From positions 17,644-81,643 of the forward strand of contig JAQUQS010000007.1 of assembly GCA_028715965.1 (NCBI GenBank): DNA of 64,000 nucleotides, read 5' to 3'. This document shows, piece by piece, positions 54,833 through 64,000 of this stretch. Position 1 is the stretch's first letter, and the number at the start of each line of letters is the position of its first letter. The notes under the pieces are model-generated. The model was not told the origin of the DNA, made no database searches, and saw only the letters and a list, made by a program, of their open reading frames with translations. A program made the translations under genes and the position numbers. The stretch comes from Candidatus Omnitrophota bacterium. Lineage in GTDB: Bacteria > Omnitrophota > Gorgyraeia > Tantalellales > Tantalellaceae.

Positions 54833-56129
54833 GCGTGAGTCTCTCCATCCATTCTTTGATCTTCTTCTCGTAACCCATATCAGTAGGTATATAGTATTTC
54901 CGGGCGGTCCTCATGTATTCCTGTTCCACATAATGGCCGTCGTAAGCATGGGCATATTTATATCCCTCGCCCCTTCCGAGACGGGCCGCGCCTTTGTAAT
55001 GCGCGTCCTTCAGGTGGTCCGGAACTTCCTGGGTGCGTTCATTCTCGACATCCTTCATCGCCGCGTCTATCCCGAGATACGAAGCGTTGCTCTTGGGCGC
55101 GCAGGCGATATAAACCGTGGCTTGCGCCAGAGGGATACGCGCTTCCGGATATCCCGTCATATCCGCCGCCTGCATCGCGGCCACCGCCACCTGTAAGGCC
55201 CGGGGATCCGCGTTACCAACATCTTCCGAAGCGCATATTATAAGCCTTCTGGCTATAAAACGGATGTCCTCGCCAGCGGTTATCATCTTCGCGAGCCAGT
55301 AGAGCGCGGCATCGGGATCGGACCCCCTCAGGCTTTTTATAAAAGCGCTTATCGTGTCATAATGCGCGTCACCGGCGCGATCATATACAACGGCTTTTTT
55401 CTGTATGGATTCCTGCGCGACCTCGGATGTTATCCTGACCCTGCCATCCGTTCCCGGTCTCGTGGTCAAAGCCGCTATTTCCAGGGCGCTCAAAGCCTTA
55501 CGCGCGTCACCATCCGACAGCCTTGCCAAAAGGTCCAGGGCATCTTCATCCGCGTCTATTTCCCTGTCACCGAGACCTTTTTCCCCATCATCCAGGGATC
55601 TTTTCAAGAGCCATTTTATATCCTCTTTTTTCAACGGTTTGAACTCGAAGATCTGGCTGCGTGAAACAAGCGCCGGATTGACCGAAAAGAACGGGTTCTC
55701 AGTGGTGGTCCCGATAAGCACAAGGTGCCCCTCTTCCACTTCCGGGAGTAATATATCCTGCTGCGCCTTGTTGAACCTGTGGATCTCATCCAGGAGCAGT
55801 ATGGTCCGCTTACCGGTAAGGGACCTTTTCTTTTTAGCTATATCTATTATCTTCCTTACATCCGTAACGTTGCTCGACACCGCGTTCCTGCGGATAAAAT
55901 CCGAACCTGTCTTTTTCGAGATGACCATGGCAAGAGCCGTTTTACCGACCCCCGGGGGACCGTAAAAAATAACGGAACTTAACCTGTCGGCTTCTATCGC
56001 CCTGTTCAAAAGCCGGCCGGGGCCCACGATGTGTTCCTGACCCGCGAAATCTTCCAGCTTTACCGGGCACATACGCGCGGCTAGAGGAGCCTCCTGATAT
56101 CCTTCGTTCTCGTTTTGGAAAAGGTCCAT
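54792..56129 (-). CDS. rarA: Replication-associated recombination protein A (AAA+ ATPase)
   Basis: GPPGVGKT Walker A, LLDEIHRFNK, and a C-terminal MgsA domain. Confidence 0.9.
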   Translation of the reverse strand: MDLFQNENEGYQEAPLAARMCPVKLEDFAGQEHIVGPGRLLNRAIEADRLSSVIFYGPPGVGKTALAMVISKKTGSDFIRRNAVSSNVTDVRKIIDIAKKKRSLTGKRTILLLDEIHRFNKAQQDILLPEVEEGHLVLIGTTTENPFFSVNPALVSRSQIFEFKPLKKEDIKWLLKRSLDDGEKGLGDREIDADEDALDLLARLSDGDARKALSALEIAALTTRPGTDGRVRITSEVAQESIQKKAVVYDRAGDAHYDTISAFIKSLRGSDPDAALYWLAKMITAGEDIRFIARRLIICASEDVGNADPRALQVAVAAMQAADMTGYPEARIPLAQATVYIACAPKSNASYLGIDAAMKDVENERTQEVPDHLKDAHYKGAARLGRGEGYKYAHAYDGHYVEQEYMRTARKYYIPTDMGYEKKIKEWMERLTHGKKGDSADIRRT

Positions 56130-56136
56130 TGCCCTA

Positions 56137-56166
56137 CCTTAAAATAAAGAGGGCCGGAATGATCCG
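56137..56166 (-). terminator. Rho-independent terminator downstream of pheT
   Basis: gggccggaatgatccggccc is a perfect hairpin followed by a T-run on the minus strand. Confidence 0.7.
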
Positions 56167-56382
56167 GCCCTCAAATCCATCAAGCCGTTAACAGGAGAGA
56201 ATTGGTGGCCTGGGAATCCAGGTGGGTGCTCTCCTGACGCTCCCAAGGGAATATCAGAGTTAAGCTCCCGTTTTATTTCTGTTGGCCCAATTCATTTTCC
56301 CGCTTCACGCACTCAACAGACGTTCATTAAGTTCATTATAGCACTGTGCGCGGCCGGCACAAACAAAAAGTGGTGTTTTTTC

Positions 56383-58419
56383 TTAACGGAAAGTCACATT
56401 AAGTTCGCGGACAAGCTCTTCTTTGACTTTCGCGTGTGCGCCTTCTATCTCATCTTCCGTAAGTGTACGCGATCCCAGGCCATATTTTATGCTGAAAGTC
56501 AGGCTTTTCTTCCCGCTCCCTATATGTTCCCCCTCATACATGTCGACAAGCCCGGCATCTACCAGGAGCTCCCCTCCTGAGGACCTGATGACCGAGAACA
56601 GGCGCGCGGCGGGGATATCCTTATCGCACAACACCGAGACGTCCCTGACGGAGAACGGGAATCTTGGTATAGGCCGTACCCTTTTTTCCAGAGATACCGT
56701 TTTGAACACACCGTCAAGCCTGATCTGCGCTATGTGAACAGGCTGGGTGATATCATACATATCGGCTATCCTGGCATCTATTTCCCCCATGAATCCCGCG
56801 TCTTCCTGCCCGGGGATGGAAAGTGAAGAACATACACTGAATCCTTTTTTGTCGGCAGGTCCGAACGCTACTTCAAGCCCCAGGCCGTGTAACATTTCCT
56901 CAACTATGCCCTTAAGATCGAACAATGTAGCTTCCCTCGCGCCTTCTTTCCAGTTCTGCCTCAAAAGACCCGTAAGACCGATACACAGGGCCGGGACCTC
57001 CATATATCCCGCGCCTTTTTCCTCCGGCGCATACAGCTTTCCCAGTTCAAAAAAACCCAGGTCCTTGTTCTTGCGGCTTACGTTCCAGGAAAAAGCCCTG
57101 ACCATACCGTGGACGAGCTGAGGCGTAAGGACCTTATGCTCTTCCGACATATACCTGGTAAGTGCCGCCTGTCTACCCAGAACACATGGGAACCTTCCCG
57201 CGGCCTCCTCGCTGATAAGGCTATATGTCATGATCTCGCAGACCCCGGCTGCCGGAAGCAGGACCTTTATCTTATCCTTTATCCTGCGGGTGCGGTCCTT
57301 CCTTTCGATCTCGGGTGTTATCTTCTCGCATCTCGCCGGGATATTGTCATATCCGTATATCCTGGCTATCTCCTCTACCAGGTCTATCTCCGCCGTTATA
57401 TCCTCACGGGAAGATGGCACCTTTATCTTGAATTGCCCTTTTTCCCGAACCTCCACATCCATGCCCAGAGCGCGTAAAATGGCTTCGATCCTCTCCCCCG
57501 GTATCGTCGCACCCAGGATACTTGATACCTCCTGAGCGTCCAGTTCGATCTCAGTTACGGATCGCGCAAGCGACCCCACATCATACATCTCACATATTGT
57601 GCCTCCGGCCTTCTCGACGATAAGGGCCGCGGCCCTGTCCGATGCCGGAACTATCCCTTCTTTATCGACCCCCCGCTCAAACCTGTAGCTGGCATCCGAC
57701 GATAACGCTAGTTTTCGCGCGGTACGCCTTACGGAGACCGGATCAAAATACGCGCTTTCCAGCAATATGTTTTTGGTCGTTCCCGTGACCTCGGTCTCTT
57801 TGCCGCCCATTACACCTGCTATGGCTATAGGTTGTTTCTGGTCGGCGATCACCAACATGCCGGCCTCGAGTTCCCTTTCCACCCCATCTATCGTCAGTAT
57901 CTTCTCGCCTTTCTCCGCTTCCCTTATGATCACCTTCCCGCCTTCGATCTTGTCCAGGTCGAACGCGTGCATGGGCTGGCCAAGCTCCATAAGACAAAAA
58001 TTGGTGATATCCACGATATTGTTCACGGGCCTCATATCCACGGAAACGATATGTTCACTGACCCCGGGAGTAAGGCCTTTGACTTTCACTCCGGTAACAA
58101 CACGCGCGGTATATCTGGGGCAAAGTCCCGGCGCCTTTATCTCGCATTTTATGGCCTTCCCACTTTTCCCTGCGGCGGTCACCCTGCTATCCGGATATTT
58201 CACCTTATTCCCGGTAAGCGCGCATATCTCGCGGGCTATCCCGGTCACGCTCAGGCAATCGGGCCTATTGGAGGTTATTTCCAGAGAAAGGACCTTGTCG
58301 CCGCCTTTTTCCGTTATGGTCTCCACCGCGGAACCTGACATCGTCAGGATCTCGGCAAGCTCTTCCGCCGACAGGTCTATATCAATGTATTCCTTAAGCC
58401 ATTTATAACTCAGTTTCAT
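56383..58419 (-). CDS. pheT: Phenylalanyl-tRNA synthetase beta subunit (short form)
   Basis: 678 aa with B3/B4, B5 and FDX-ACB domain patterns. It follows pheS. Confidence 0.85.
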   Translation of the reverse strand: MKLSYKWLKEYIDIDLSAEELAEILTMSGSAVETITEKGGDKVLSLEITSNRPDCLSVTGIAREICALTGNKVKYPDSRVTAAGKSGKAIKCEIKAPGLCPRYTARVVTGVKVKGLTPGVSEHIVSVDMRPVNNIVDITNFCLMELGQPMHAFDLDKIEGGKVIIREAEKGEKILTIDGVERELEAGMLVIADQKQPIAIAGVMGGKETEVTGTTKNILLESAYFDPVSVRRTARKLALSSDASYRFERGVDKEGIVPASDRAAALIVEKAGGTICEMYDVGSLARSVTEIELDAQEVSSILGATIPGERIEAILRALGMDVEVREKGQFKIKVPSSREDITAEIDLVEEIARIYGYDNIPARCEKITPEIERKDRTRRIKDKIKVLLPAAGVCEIMTYSLISEEAAGRFPCVLGRQAALTRYMSEEHKVLTPQLVHGMVRAFSWNVSRKNKDLGFFELGKLYAPEEKGAGYMEVPALCIGLTGLLRQNWKEGAREATLFDLKGIVEEMLHGLGLEVAFGPADKKGFSVCSSLSIPGQEDAGFMGEIDARIADMYDITQPVHIAQIRLDGVFKTVSLEKRVRPIPRFPFSVRDVSVLCDKDIPAARLFSVIRSSGGELLVDAGLVDMYEGEHIGSGKKSLTFSIKYGLGSRTLTEDEIEGAHAKVKEELVRELNVTFR

Positions 58420-58437
58420 GTCGCCTCTCCACAGCGG

Positions 58438-59460
58438 TTACCTGAACTGTTCCAGGAACCTTATATCGTTCTCAAAAAATAGTCTTATGTCGTCTATGCC
58501 ATATAAAAGCATGGCTATGCGCTCAGCCCCTATGCCGAACGCGAATCCTGTCACCTCGGATGGATCGTATCCAACAGCCTTGAAGACCTTCGGGTTCACC
58601 ATGCCGGCTCCCAGGACTTCAAGCCATCCGGACGAAGAACATATCCTGCACCCTTTGCCTCCACACATTATGCATGATATGTCCACCTCGGTACTGGGTT
58701 CGGTAAAAGGGAAAAATGACGGGCGCATGCGCATTTTTATGGCATCCCCGAACATGCTTTTGCAGAACGCTTCCAGGACACCCTTAAGGTCCGAGAAGGC
58801 TATGCCTTTGTCCACCATCAGCCCCTCTACCTGGTGGAACATGAAAGAATGGGTCGCGTCCACGGCGTCCGGCCGATAGACCCTGCCGGGCATTATCGCC
58901 TGTATAGGCGGCTTTTTGCCCTGCATCAGATGTATCTGGACATTGGAAGTGTGGCTCCGGAGGAGATGTTTCCCTCCCACATAGAACGTATCGAACCCGT
59001 CCCGGGACGGATGTTCCAAGGGGATATTGAGCGCTTCGAAATTATAGAATTCCGTTTCGATCTCGGGGCCGTCGGCTATGCTGAACCCGAGCGAAACGAA
59101 TATCTCGCTTATCCTGTCCATGGTCTGTGTTATCGGATGGAGAAAGCCCGTCCTGCCGGAGATCCCGGGCATGGTGATGTCCACACTCTGGCTTTTCTCT
59201 TCCAGCCCCTTCGATACGAACTTATCCTTCATTCCCTCAATGCTGGCGGTGAATTCGCTCTTCATGGCGTTGGCCGCGCTGCCTATTTTTTTCTTGTCTT
59301 CGGGAGACAAGGAACTGATAGACCTCAAGATGCCCGTCAGGGCTCCTTTCCGCCCGACATATTTGGTCCTTATCTCCTCCAGCGCCGCGATATCCGCGCA
59401 CGAGGCCGTTTCGGCGTCAAAATCAGCTCTTATCCTGTCTAGTTCTTTATATGCATCCAT
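58438..59460 (-). CDS. pheS: Phenylalanyl-tRNA synthetase alpha subunit
   Basis: Class II motifs FRPSFFPFTEPS and GAGMV. 340 aa. Confidence 0.9.
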   Translation of the reverse strand: MDAYKELDRIRADFDAETASCADIAALEEIRTKYVGRKGALTGILRSISSLSPEDKKKIGSAANAMKSEFTASIEGMKDKFVSKGLEEKSQSVDITMPGISGRTGFLHPITQTMDRISEIFVSLGFSIADGPEIETEFYNFEALNIPLEHPSRDGFDTFYVGGKHLLRSHTSNVQIHLMQGKKPPIQAIMPGRVYRPDAVDATHSFMFHQVEGLMVDKGIAFSDLKGVLEAFCKSMFGDAIKMRMRPSFFPFTEPSTEVDISCIMCGGKGCRICSSSGWLEVLGAGMVNPKVFKAVGYDPSEVTGFAFGIGAERIAMLLYGIDDIRLFFENDIRFLEQFR

Positions 59461-59479
59461 CGCACGCGCACCTTTTCCC

Positions 59480-60196
59480 TTAACTCTTGTTCTTGAATTC
59501 TTCCTTGGCCTTGAGCTCTTCTATCATATCATTAGCCCCGAAAACTATGAGTATATCGCCTTTCGCTATCACGTCATCCGCCTGTGGGGTGACATTGACC
59601 TGCTCCTCCACGATCTCTTCCTCTCCCTGGTACGTCGTGAGATTTTTCTTTATCGCTATCACGTTCACTCCGTACTCGCTCCTGATATCAAGGTCCCTCA
59701 GGGTCTTCCCCACGAATTCCTCCGGCACTCTTACCTCGATTATGCTGGAATTGCCGGAAAGCCCTATGTGGTCAAGGACGGTGTCCGTCACGGAGATAAG
59801 CGTTTCCGCGAGCCTTTCTCCCGTATCCTTTTCCGGCAGGATGACCTTTGTCGCCCCGATCTTCTCGAGCACTTTCTTATGGGCTACGCTATCCGCCTTG
59901 GAGACTATCATGGGTATGCCAAGGTCCTTCAGCATGAGGGTTACCAGTATGCTGGAATCCATATCAGTGCCTATGCCGCATATGGCCACATCCACGTTCT
60001 GCAGCCCTATGGATCTGACGGCCTTCTCGTCGGTGGCGTCAAGGCATACGGCCTTGGTCACGTTGTCCATTATATCGTGTACGAATTCCTCGTTCTTGTC
60101 GATAGCGATGACCTGCTGCCCCTTTTCGGCCAAAGTACGAGCTACACTGGACCCGAACCTTCCAAGACCAATAACAGCGAAGTACTTCATGTTCAC
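59480..60196 (-). CDS. trkA: Potassium uptake protein TrkA/KtrA (RCK_N + RCK_C)
   Basis: VIGLGRFGSSVARTL is a Rossmann GxGxxG motif. C-terminal RCK_C region. Confidence 0.8.
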   Translation of the reverse strand: MNMKYFAVIGLGRFGSSVARTLAEKGQQVIAIDKNEEFVHDIMDNVTKAVCLDATDEKAVRSIGLQNVDVAICGIGTDMDSSILVTLMLKDLGIPMIVSKADSVAHKKVLEKIGATKVILPEKDTGERLAETLISVTDTVLDHIGLSGNSSIIEVRVPEEFVGKTLRDLDIRSEYGVNVIAIKKNLTTYQGEEEIVEEQVNVTPQADDVIAKGDILIVFGANDMIEELKAKEEFKNKS

Positions 60197-60241
60197 TCCC
60201 TTCCCTGGCGGACAGGCTCAAGGCCCCCGTCAAGTATACGC

Positions 60242-61594
60242 CTATCCCACCATTACGTTCTCTTCGGGATAGGAAAAATTATCCTTCTTTTCACGGAACG
60301 CTATAGCCAGGGCCAGCGTTAGCGGCCCCACCCTTCCGGCGAACATTGTCGCGATGATACAAAGCTTGCTGGCCGTATCAAGGTCTCCCGTTATACCTGT
60401 GGACAACCCTACGGTCCCGAAAGCGGATACCGTCTCGAAAAGCGACCTTATCAGGCTTCCGCTACCGGCGGGATTGTTCCTGCCCAGATAGACCATAGCC
60501 ACCGTGAAAACGAATACCCAGGTAAGGGCCAGGAAAAATATCCCCATGGATTCCCTTATTATTTTCCCGGGCACCGCCCTCCCGAACGCCATGACCTTCT
60601 TTTTATCCTTAAGGCCGGTGAGGACCGTCATTACTATGAGAGCGAATGTCGTGGTCTTTATCCCACCCCCGGTCGATCCCGGAGACGCCCCAACGAACAT
60701 AAGGAAAATAAGCCCCAAAAGCGACGGGACCGAAAGCCGCCCGATATCAAGCGTATTGAACCCGGCCGTCCTTGCCGTTACTGACTGGAAGAGCGACGTC
60801 AGCACCCTGTCCCCCCACGACAGGCCTTTCATGACCCCGTCTTTTTCAAAGAAAAGCAGCATTACCGCTCCCGCCACCACGAGGATCAACGAAACCGTAA
60901 GGACAAGCTTCGTGTGCAAACTTATCATACGCGGGCGGTTCTTCCTGAAAAGAAGTCCCAACATGTCCATTATCACTATGAACCCTATACCGCCGAAAAA
61001 TATAAGAAGTACCATCGTGGTATTTATGAACGGGTCGGCCTTGAACCCCGTAAAGCTGTAACCATAGAACAGGGAAAATCCGGCGTTACAGAAAGCGGAG
61101 ACCGAGTGAAAAATGGAATACTCCGCAAGCTGTCCTATGCTCCAGTCGGTTATAGCCCGCCACCTTAGGAACAACGCCAGCGCCCCGAGCATCTCGGCGA
61201 TAAAGGTAATGCTGATTATATAAAAGATGAGCTTGCTAAGCCCGAGTATCTTGTTCTGCCTGTCAAGGGTGCTCCGGATCACATCCGTTTCCTTGAACCC
61301 GACCTTACGGCCAAGCATTACGGCGAACAATGTGGAAAGCGTCATTATCCCGAGTCCGCCGGCCTGGAAAAGAACGAATATCACCCATCTGCCGAAGTCC
61401 GAAAAATTCGTAGCGGTGTCCTTTACGACAAGGCCCGTCACACATACCGCGCTGGTAGCCGTAAAAAGCCCGTCTACCAGGGATATCCCGCTTTCCCCGC
61501 GCGTCGCGGCAGGCAGGGACAAAGCCGCCGTGCCTACCAGGATAGCGCAGACAAAACTTAATATCAAAAGCTGCGGAGGTGTTAACCTTCCCAT
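60242..61594 (-). CDS. trkH: Potassium transporter TrkH/KtrB
   Basis: Polytopic protein with repeated selectivity-filter-like GxG segments (TGL, TAGF, GFN). The start was set at the internal Met to avoid a 65-bp overlap with rplT. Confidence 0.75.
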   Translation of the reverse strand: MGRLTPPQLLILSFVCAILVGTAALSLPAATRGESGISLVDGLFTATSAVCVTGLVVKDTATNFSDFGRWVIFVLFQAGGLGIMTLSTLFAVMLGRKVGFKETDVIRSTLDRQNKILGLSKLIFYIISITFIAEMLGALALFLRWRAITDWSIGQLAEYSIFHSVSAFCNAGFSLFYGYSFTGFKADPFINTTMVLLIFFGGIGFIVIMDMLGLLFRKNRPRMISLHTKLVLTVSLILVVAGAVMLLFFEKDGVMKGLSWGDRVLTSLFQSVTARTAGFNTLDIGRLSVPSLLGLIFLMFVGASPGSTGGGIKTTTFALIVMTVLTGLKDKKKVMAFGRAVPGKIIRESMGIFFLALTWVFVFTVAMVYLGRNNPAGSGSLIRSLFETVSAFGTVGLSTGITGDLDTASKLCIIATMFAGRVGPLTLALAIAFREKKDNFSYPEENVMVG

Positions 61595-61607
61595 ATTAAG
61601 GATATTG

Positions 61608-61955
61608 TCAGATATTCGCTTTTTTGACGACCGCTTTGAAAGCGCGGATATCGTTGGCCGCCAGGTCGGCAAGTACCTTGCGGTTAAGCTCTATATTGGC
61701 TTTCTTAAGCGCCGCTATGAACTTACTGTACGATATCCCTTCGGCCTTACATGCCGCTGAGATACGGGTTATCCAGAGTGACCTGTAATCACGTTTCTTT
61801 TTCTTCCTGTTGATATAACTGGATATCATGCTTTTCCGGGTAGCCTCCTTGGCTATCCTGAAAAGTTTTGACCGTGACCCTCTCTGCCCCTTGGTATGTT
61901 TAAGTATCTTCTTTCTTCTTCTAAGCGAACTTGGTGCGTGTTTAACTTTGGTCAT
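61608..61955 (-). CDS. rplT: 50S ribosomal protein L20
   Basis: MTKVKHAPSSLRRRKKILK... 115 aa. Confidence 0.9.
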   Translation of the reverse strand: MTKVKHAPSSLRRRKKILKHTKGQRGSRSKLFRIAKEATRKSMISSYINRKKKKRDYRSLWITRISAACKAEGISYSKFIAALKKANIELNRKVLADLAANDIRAFKAVVKKANI

Positions 61956-61997
61956 GTCTTCTCCTCACTCCTAACATAGATAGTTTGTTCTGCCTTA

Positions 61998-62195
61998 TCA
62001 TCCGTAAGGCAGGAGTTTTTTTATCTTCTTCTGGAAAGTCGGGTCCACGGTCGTAGCCGTTTTGAGCGCCCGTTTCCGTTTGCTGTTCTTCTTGGTCAAT
62101 ATGTGCCTGGCCCCTTCTTTCTGTCTTTTTATCTTCCCGGAACTGGTCACCGAGAACCTTTTTGCCACACCTTTTTTTGTTTTCATTTTAGGCAT
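61998..62195 (-). CDS. rpmI: 50S ribosomal protein L35
   Basis: MPKMKTKKGVAKRF... 65 aa. Confidence 0.9.
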   Translation of the reverse strand: MPKMKTKKGVAKRFSVTSSGKIKRQKEGARHILTKKNSKRKRALKTATTVDPTFQKKIKKLLPYG

Positions 62196-62243
62196 TTTTC
62201 CTCACCGTTCTCCTTTTTATACTCTCTTGTATTTTATCTCTTT

Positions 62244-62792
62244 TCAGCCTTTAGGCACCAGCGTCATAAAAATAGTGCGACCCATGGCCTTGGGAGGCGC
62301 TTCCATCTCCCCCAGAGAAGCCACATCCGCGGCTATCCTGTTCAAGAGTTCTACCCCGAACTCCTTATGCGCGTTCTCTCTTCCCCTGAACCTTACGGAT
62401 ACTTTGACCTTATCCTTTTCCCCCAGGAAATCCTTTATATGGGTGACCTTGACCTGGTAATCATGTTCTTCTATCTTGGGATTGAACCTGATCTCCTTGA
62501 TGTGCGTCACATGTTGTTTCTTCTTGGCCAGCTTCTGTTTCTTTTCCTGTTCATACTTGTATTTGCTGTAATCCATTATCCGGCATACTGGCGGGTCCAC
62601 GTTCGGGGCTACTTCCACCCGGTCAAGTCCCGCTTCTTTCGCCTTACGAAGAGCCTCATCTATGGGCACCACCCCCCACTGGTTCCCTTCCTCATCGACC
62701 AGGCGCACTTTCGGTACCCTTATGAACTGGTTGACCCTGGTCCTGAACTTCGAACTGTCCCTGCCCCTACTATAAGATTGCGGATATGAAAT
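62244..62792 (-). CDS. infC: Translation initiation factor IF-3 (ATT start codon)
   Basis: The upstream in-frame extension reads ISYPQSYSRGRDSSKFRTRVNQFIRVPKVRLVDEEG. An ATT codon lies 4 nt after GGAGGT, the classic infC non-canonical start. The ORF track begins only at an internal GTG. Confidence 0.8.
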   Translation of the reverse strand: MSYPQSYSRGRDSSKFRTRVNQFIRVPKVRLVDEEGNQWGVVPIDEALRKAKEAGLDRVEVAPNVDPPVCRIMDYSKYKYEQEKKQKLAKKKQHVTHIKEIRFNPKIEEHDYQVKVTHIKDFLGEKDKVKVSVRFRGRENAHKEFGVELLNRIAADVASLGEMEAPPKAMGRTIFMTLVPKG

Positions 62793-62819
62793 AACTACCT
62801 CCTTGTTTTTGTCGTAAGG

Positions 62820-64000
62820 TCACGCTTTGTCCCTGGTCTTGGCGGACAAAAGCCCCAGGAAATCCTCTTTGCTCATCACGCCGAGGTCTCCTTCCTTTTT
62901 GGACCTTACCGACACCGTTCCGTTCTGCATTTCTTTATTTCCAAGTATAGCCATATATGGTACTTTTGCCAACTCCGCGTCCCTTATTTTACGCTGCATC
63001 TTCTCGTTCCTCGAATCGATCTCCACCCTGAACCCGTTATCGATGAGTTGTGCTCCCAGCTCAGACGCGTATTCCACGTGGGCATCGCTTATCGGGATAA
63101 GCTTGGCCTGTACCGGGGCAAGCCATACGGGAAACTCCCCTCCGTAATGCTCTATGACCGCGCCCATGAACCTCTCCAGGCTTCCCAGTATCACCCTGTG
63201 TAACATGATCGGGCGTTTTTCGCTGCCGTCATTGTCCACATACTTAAGGTCGAACCTCTCCGGAAGGGCAAAATCACATTGTATGGTCGCGCATTGCCAG
63301 GCCCGGCCGAGGGCGTCCTTAAGCTTGATATCTATCTTGGGGCCATAGAACGCCCCGTCACCCTCGTTTATGTCATATTTAAGCCCTTTTTTCTCAAGAG
63401 CGTTCGTAAGCGCCTTTGTGGCCTCTTCCCAACCTTCGTCCGTACCGATGGATTTTTCGGGCCTTGTGCTCAGTTCCACTTCAAATTCGGAAAAACCGAA
63501 CACCTTAAGAGTATCTTCCACAAAATCTATGACCTTCAGGACCTCATCCTCCACCTGTTCTTTCAAACAGAAAATGTGAGCGTCGTCCTGGGTAAATCCC
63601 CTGACCCTAAGAAGTCCGTGAAGCACTCCGGATTTCTCGTGCCTGTATACGTTCCCCAGCTCGAAATACCTCTTTGGAAGCTCTTTATAGCTTCTCATCC
63701 TGGATGAATACACCAGTATGTGCCCAGGGCAATTCATGGGTTTTACCGCGAACTCCTGGCCTTCGATGTCAAAGATATACATGTTCTCTTTATAGTAATC
63801 GTAATGCCCTGACTTCACCCATATGTCGCTTTTCAGGACATGGGGACTGTATATCAATTCATATCCACGCCTTATATGCTGCCTTGTTATATAATCGACT
63901 ATCGTCTGGCGGAGCATGGCTCCCTTGGGATGGTACAATACCAGACCCGCGCCCATCACGTCGTTGAAACTGAAAAGGTCGAGCTCCTTCCCGAGTTTCC
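62820..64000 (-). CDS. thrS: Threonyl-tRNA synthetase, C-terminal part (5' end beyond window)
   Basis: Class II catalytic core KPMNCPGH and FRRDE... plus a C-terminal anticodon-binding domain. The frame is open to the window end. Confidence 0.85.
   Translation of the reverse strand, partial: KLGKELDLFSFNDVMGAGLVLYHPKGAMLRQTIVDYITRQHIRRGYELIYSPHVLKSDIWVKSGHYDYYKENMYIFDIEGQEFAVKPMNCPGHILVYSSRMRSYKELPKRYFELGNVYRHEKSGVLHGLLRVRGFTQDDAHIFCLKEQVEDEVLKVIDFVEDTLKVFGFSEFEVELSTRPEKSIGTDEGWEEATKALTNALEKKGLKYDINEGDGAFYGPKIDIKLKDALGRAWQCATIQCDFALPERFDLKYVDNDGSEKRPIMLHRVILGSLERFMGAVIEHYGGEFPVWLAPVQAKLIPISDAHVEYASELGAQLIDNGFRVEIDSRNEKMQRKIRDAELAKVPYMAILGNKEMQNGTVSVRSKKEGDLGVMSKEDFLGLLSAKTRDKA

Noticed and set aside
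57767-58408. 213-aa plus-strand ORF
   Set aside because: It is antisense to pheT.
1-64000. CRISPR arrays and rRNA genes
   Set aside because: I saw no regularly spaced short repeats with unique spacers and no rRNA-like conserved segments. The only tandem repeats are the 243-bp units and the short intergenic direct repeats listed above.

Overview
The window contains a chromosomal backbone at both ends and two horizontally acquired accessory regions in the middle.

Backbone, left (all minus strand, except tRNA-Ser on +):
- an RND efflux operon: tolC-like, adaptor, and a truncated acrB-like pump
- a tRNA-Ser with a repeat-rich scar
- a response regulator
- serS
- archease-rtcB
- a KamA / ATP-grasp / GNAT operon

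Backbone, right (minus strand):
- frr-pyrH-tsf-rpsB
- an msbA-like ABC exporter
- rarA
- a long thrS-infC-rpmI-rplT-[trkH-trkA]-pheS-pheT array

Accessory regions:
- One accessory block holds a 1933-aa surface protein (YD repeats, YVTN beta-propellers, a GH5-like core), flanked by copies of a ~170-245 bp repeat.
- A ~26 kb AT-rich block ends at tRNA-Lys(TTT) on the right. It has three copies of that repeat on the left, and each copy begins with a 16-bp match to the tRNA-Lys 3' end.
- This AT-rich block carries:
  - an HTH-Panacea / RelE-like toxin-antitoxin pair
  - a four-gene cluster ending in a TIR-transmembrane protein
  - orphan phage terminase small and large subunits
  - a ParB-methyltransferase fusion
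  - a large serine recombinase with a DUF2924-like partner and a small HTH protein
  - a HEPN/Abi-like protein
  - a ten-gene minus-strand array of tightly spaced or overlapping genes
- The ten-gene array is hsdM-hsdS-hsdR-DUF45-YiiX-like, then a DUF2130-like coiled-coil protein, an OLD-family ATPase+TOPRIM, a Cas4/RecB-like nuclease, and an unknown 305-aa protein.

The best candidate for an undescribed system is the middle triple of that array, whose three genes overlap by 4 bp at both junctions.

No rRNA or CRISPR array was seen. Domain names are from manual reading of the translations, not from database searches.
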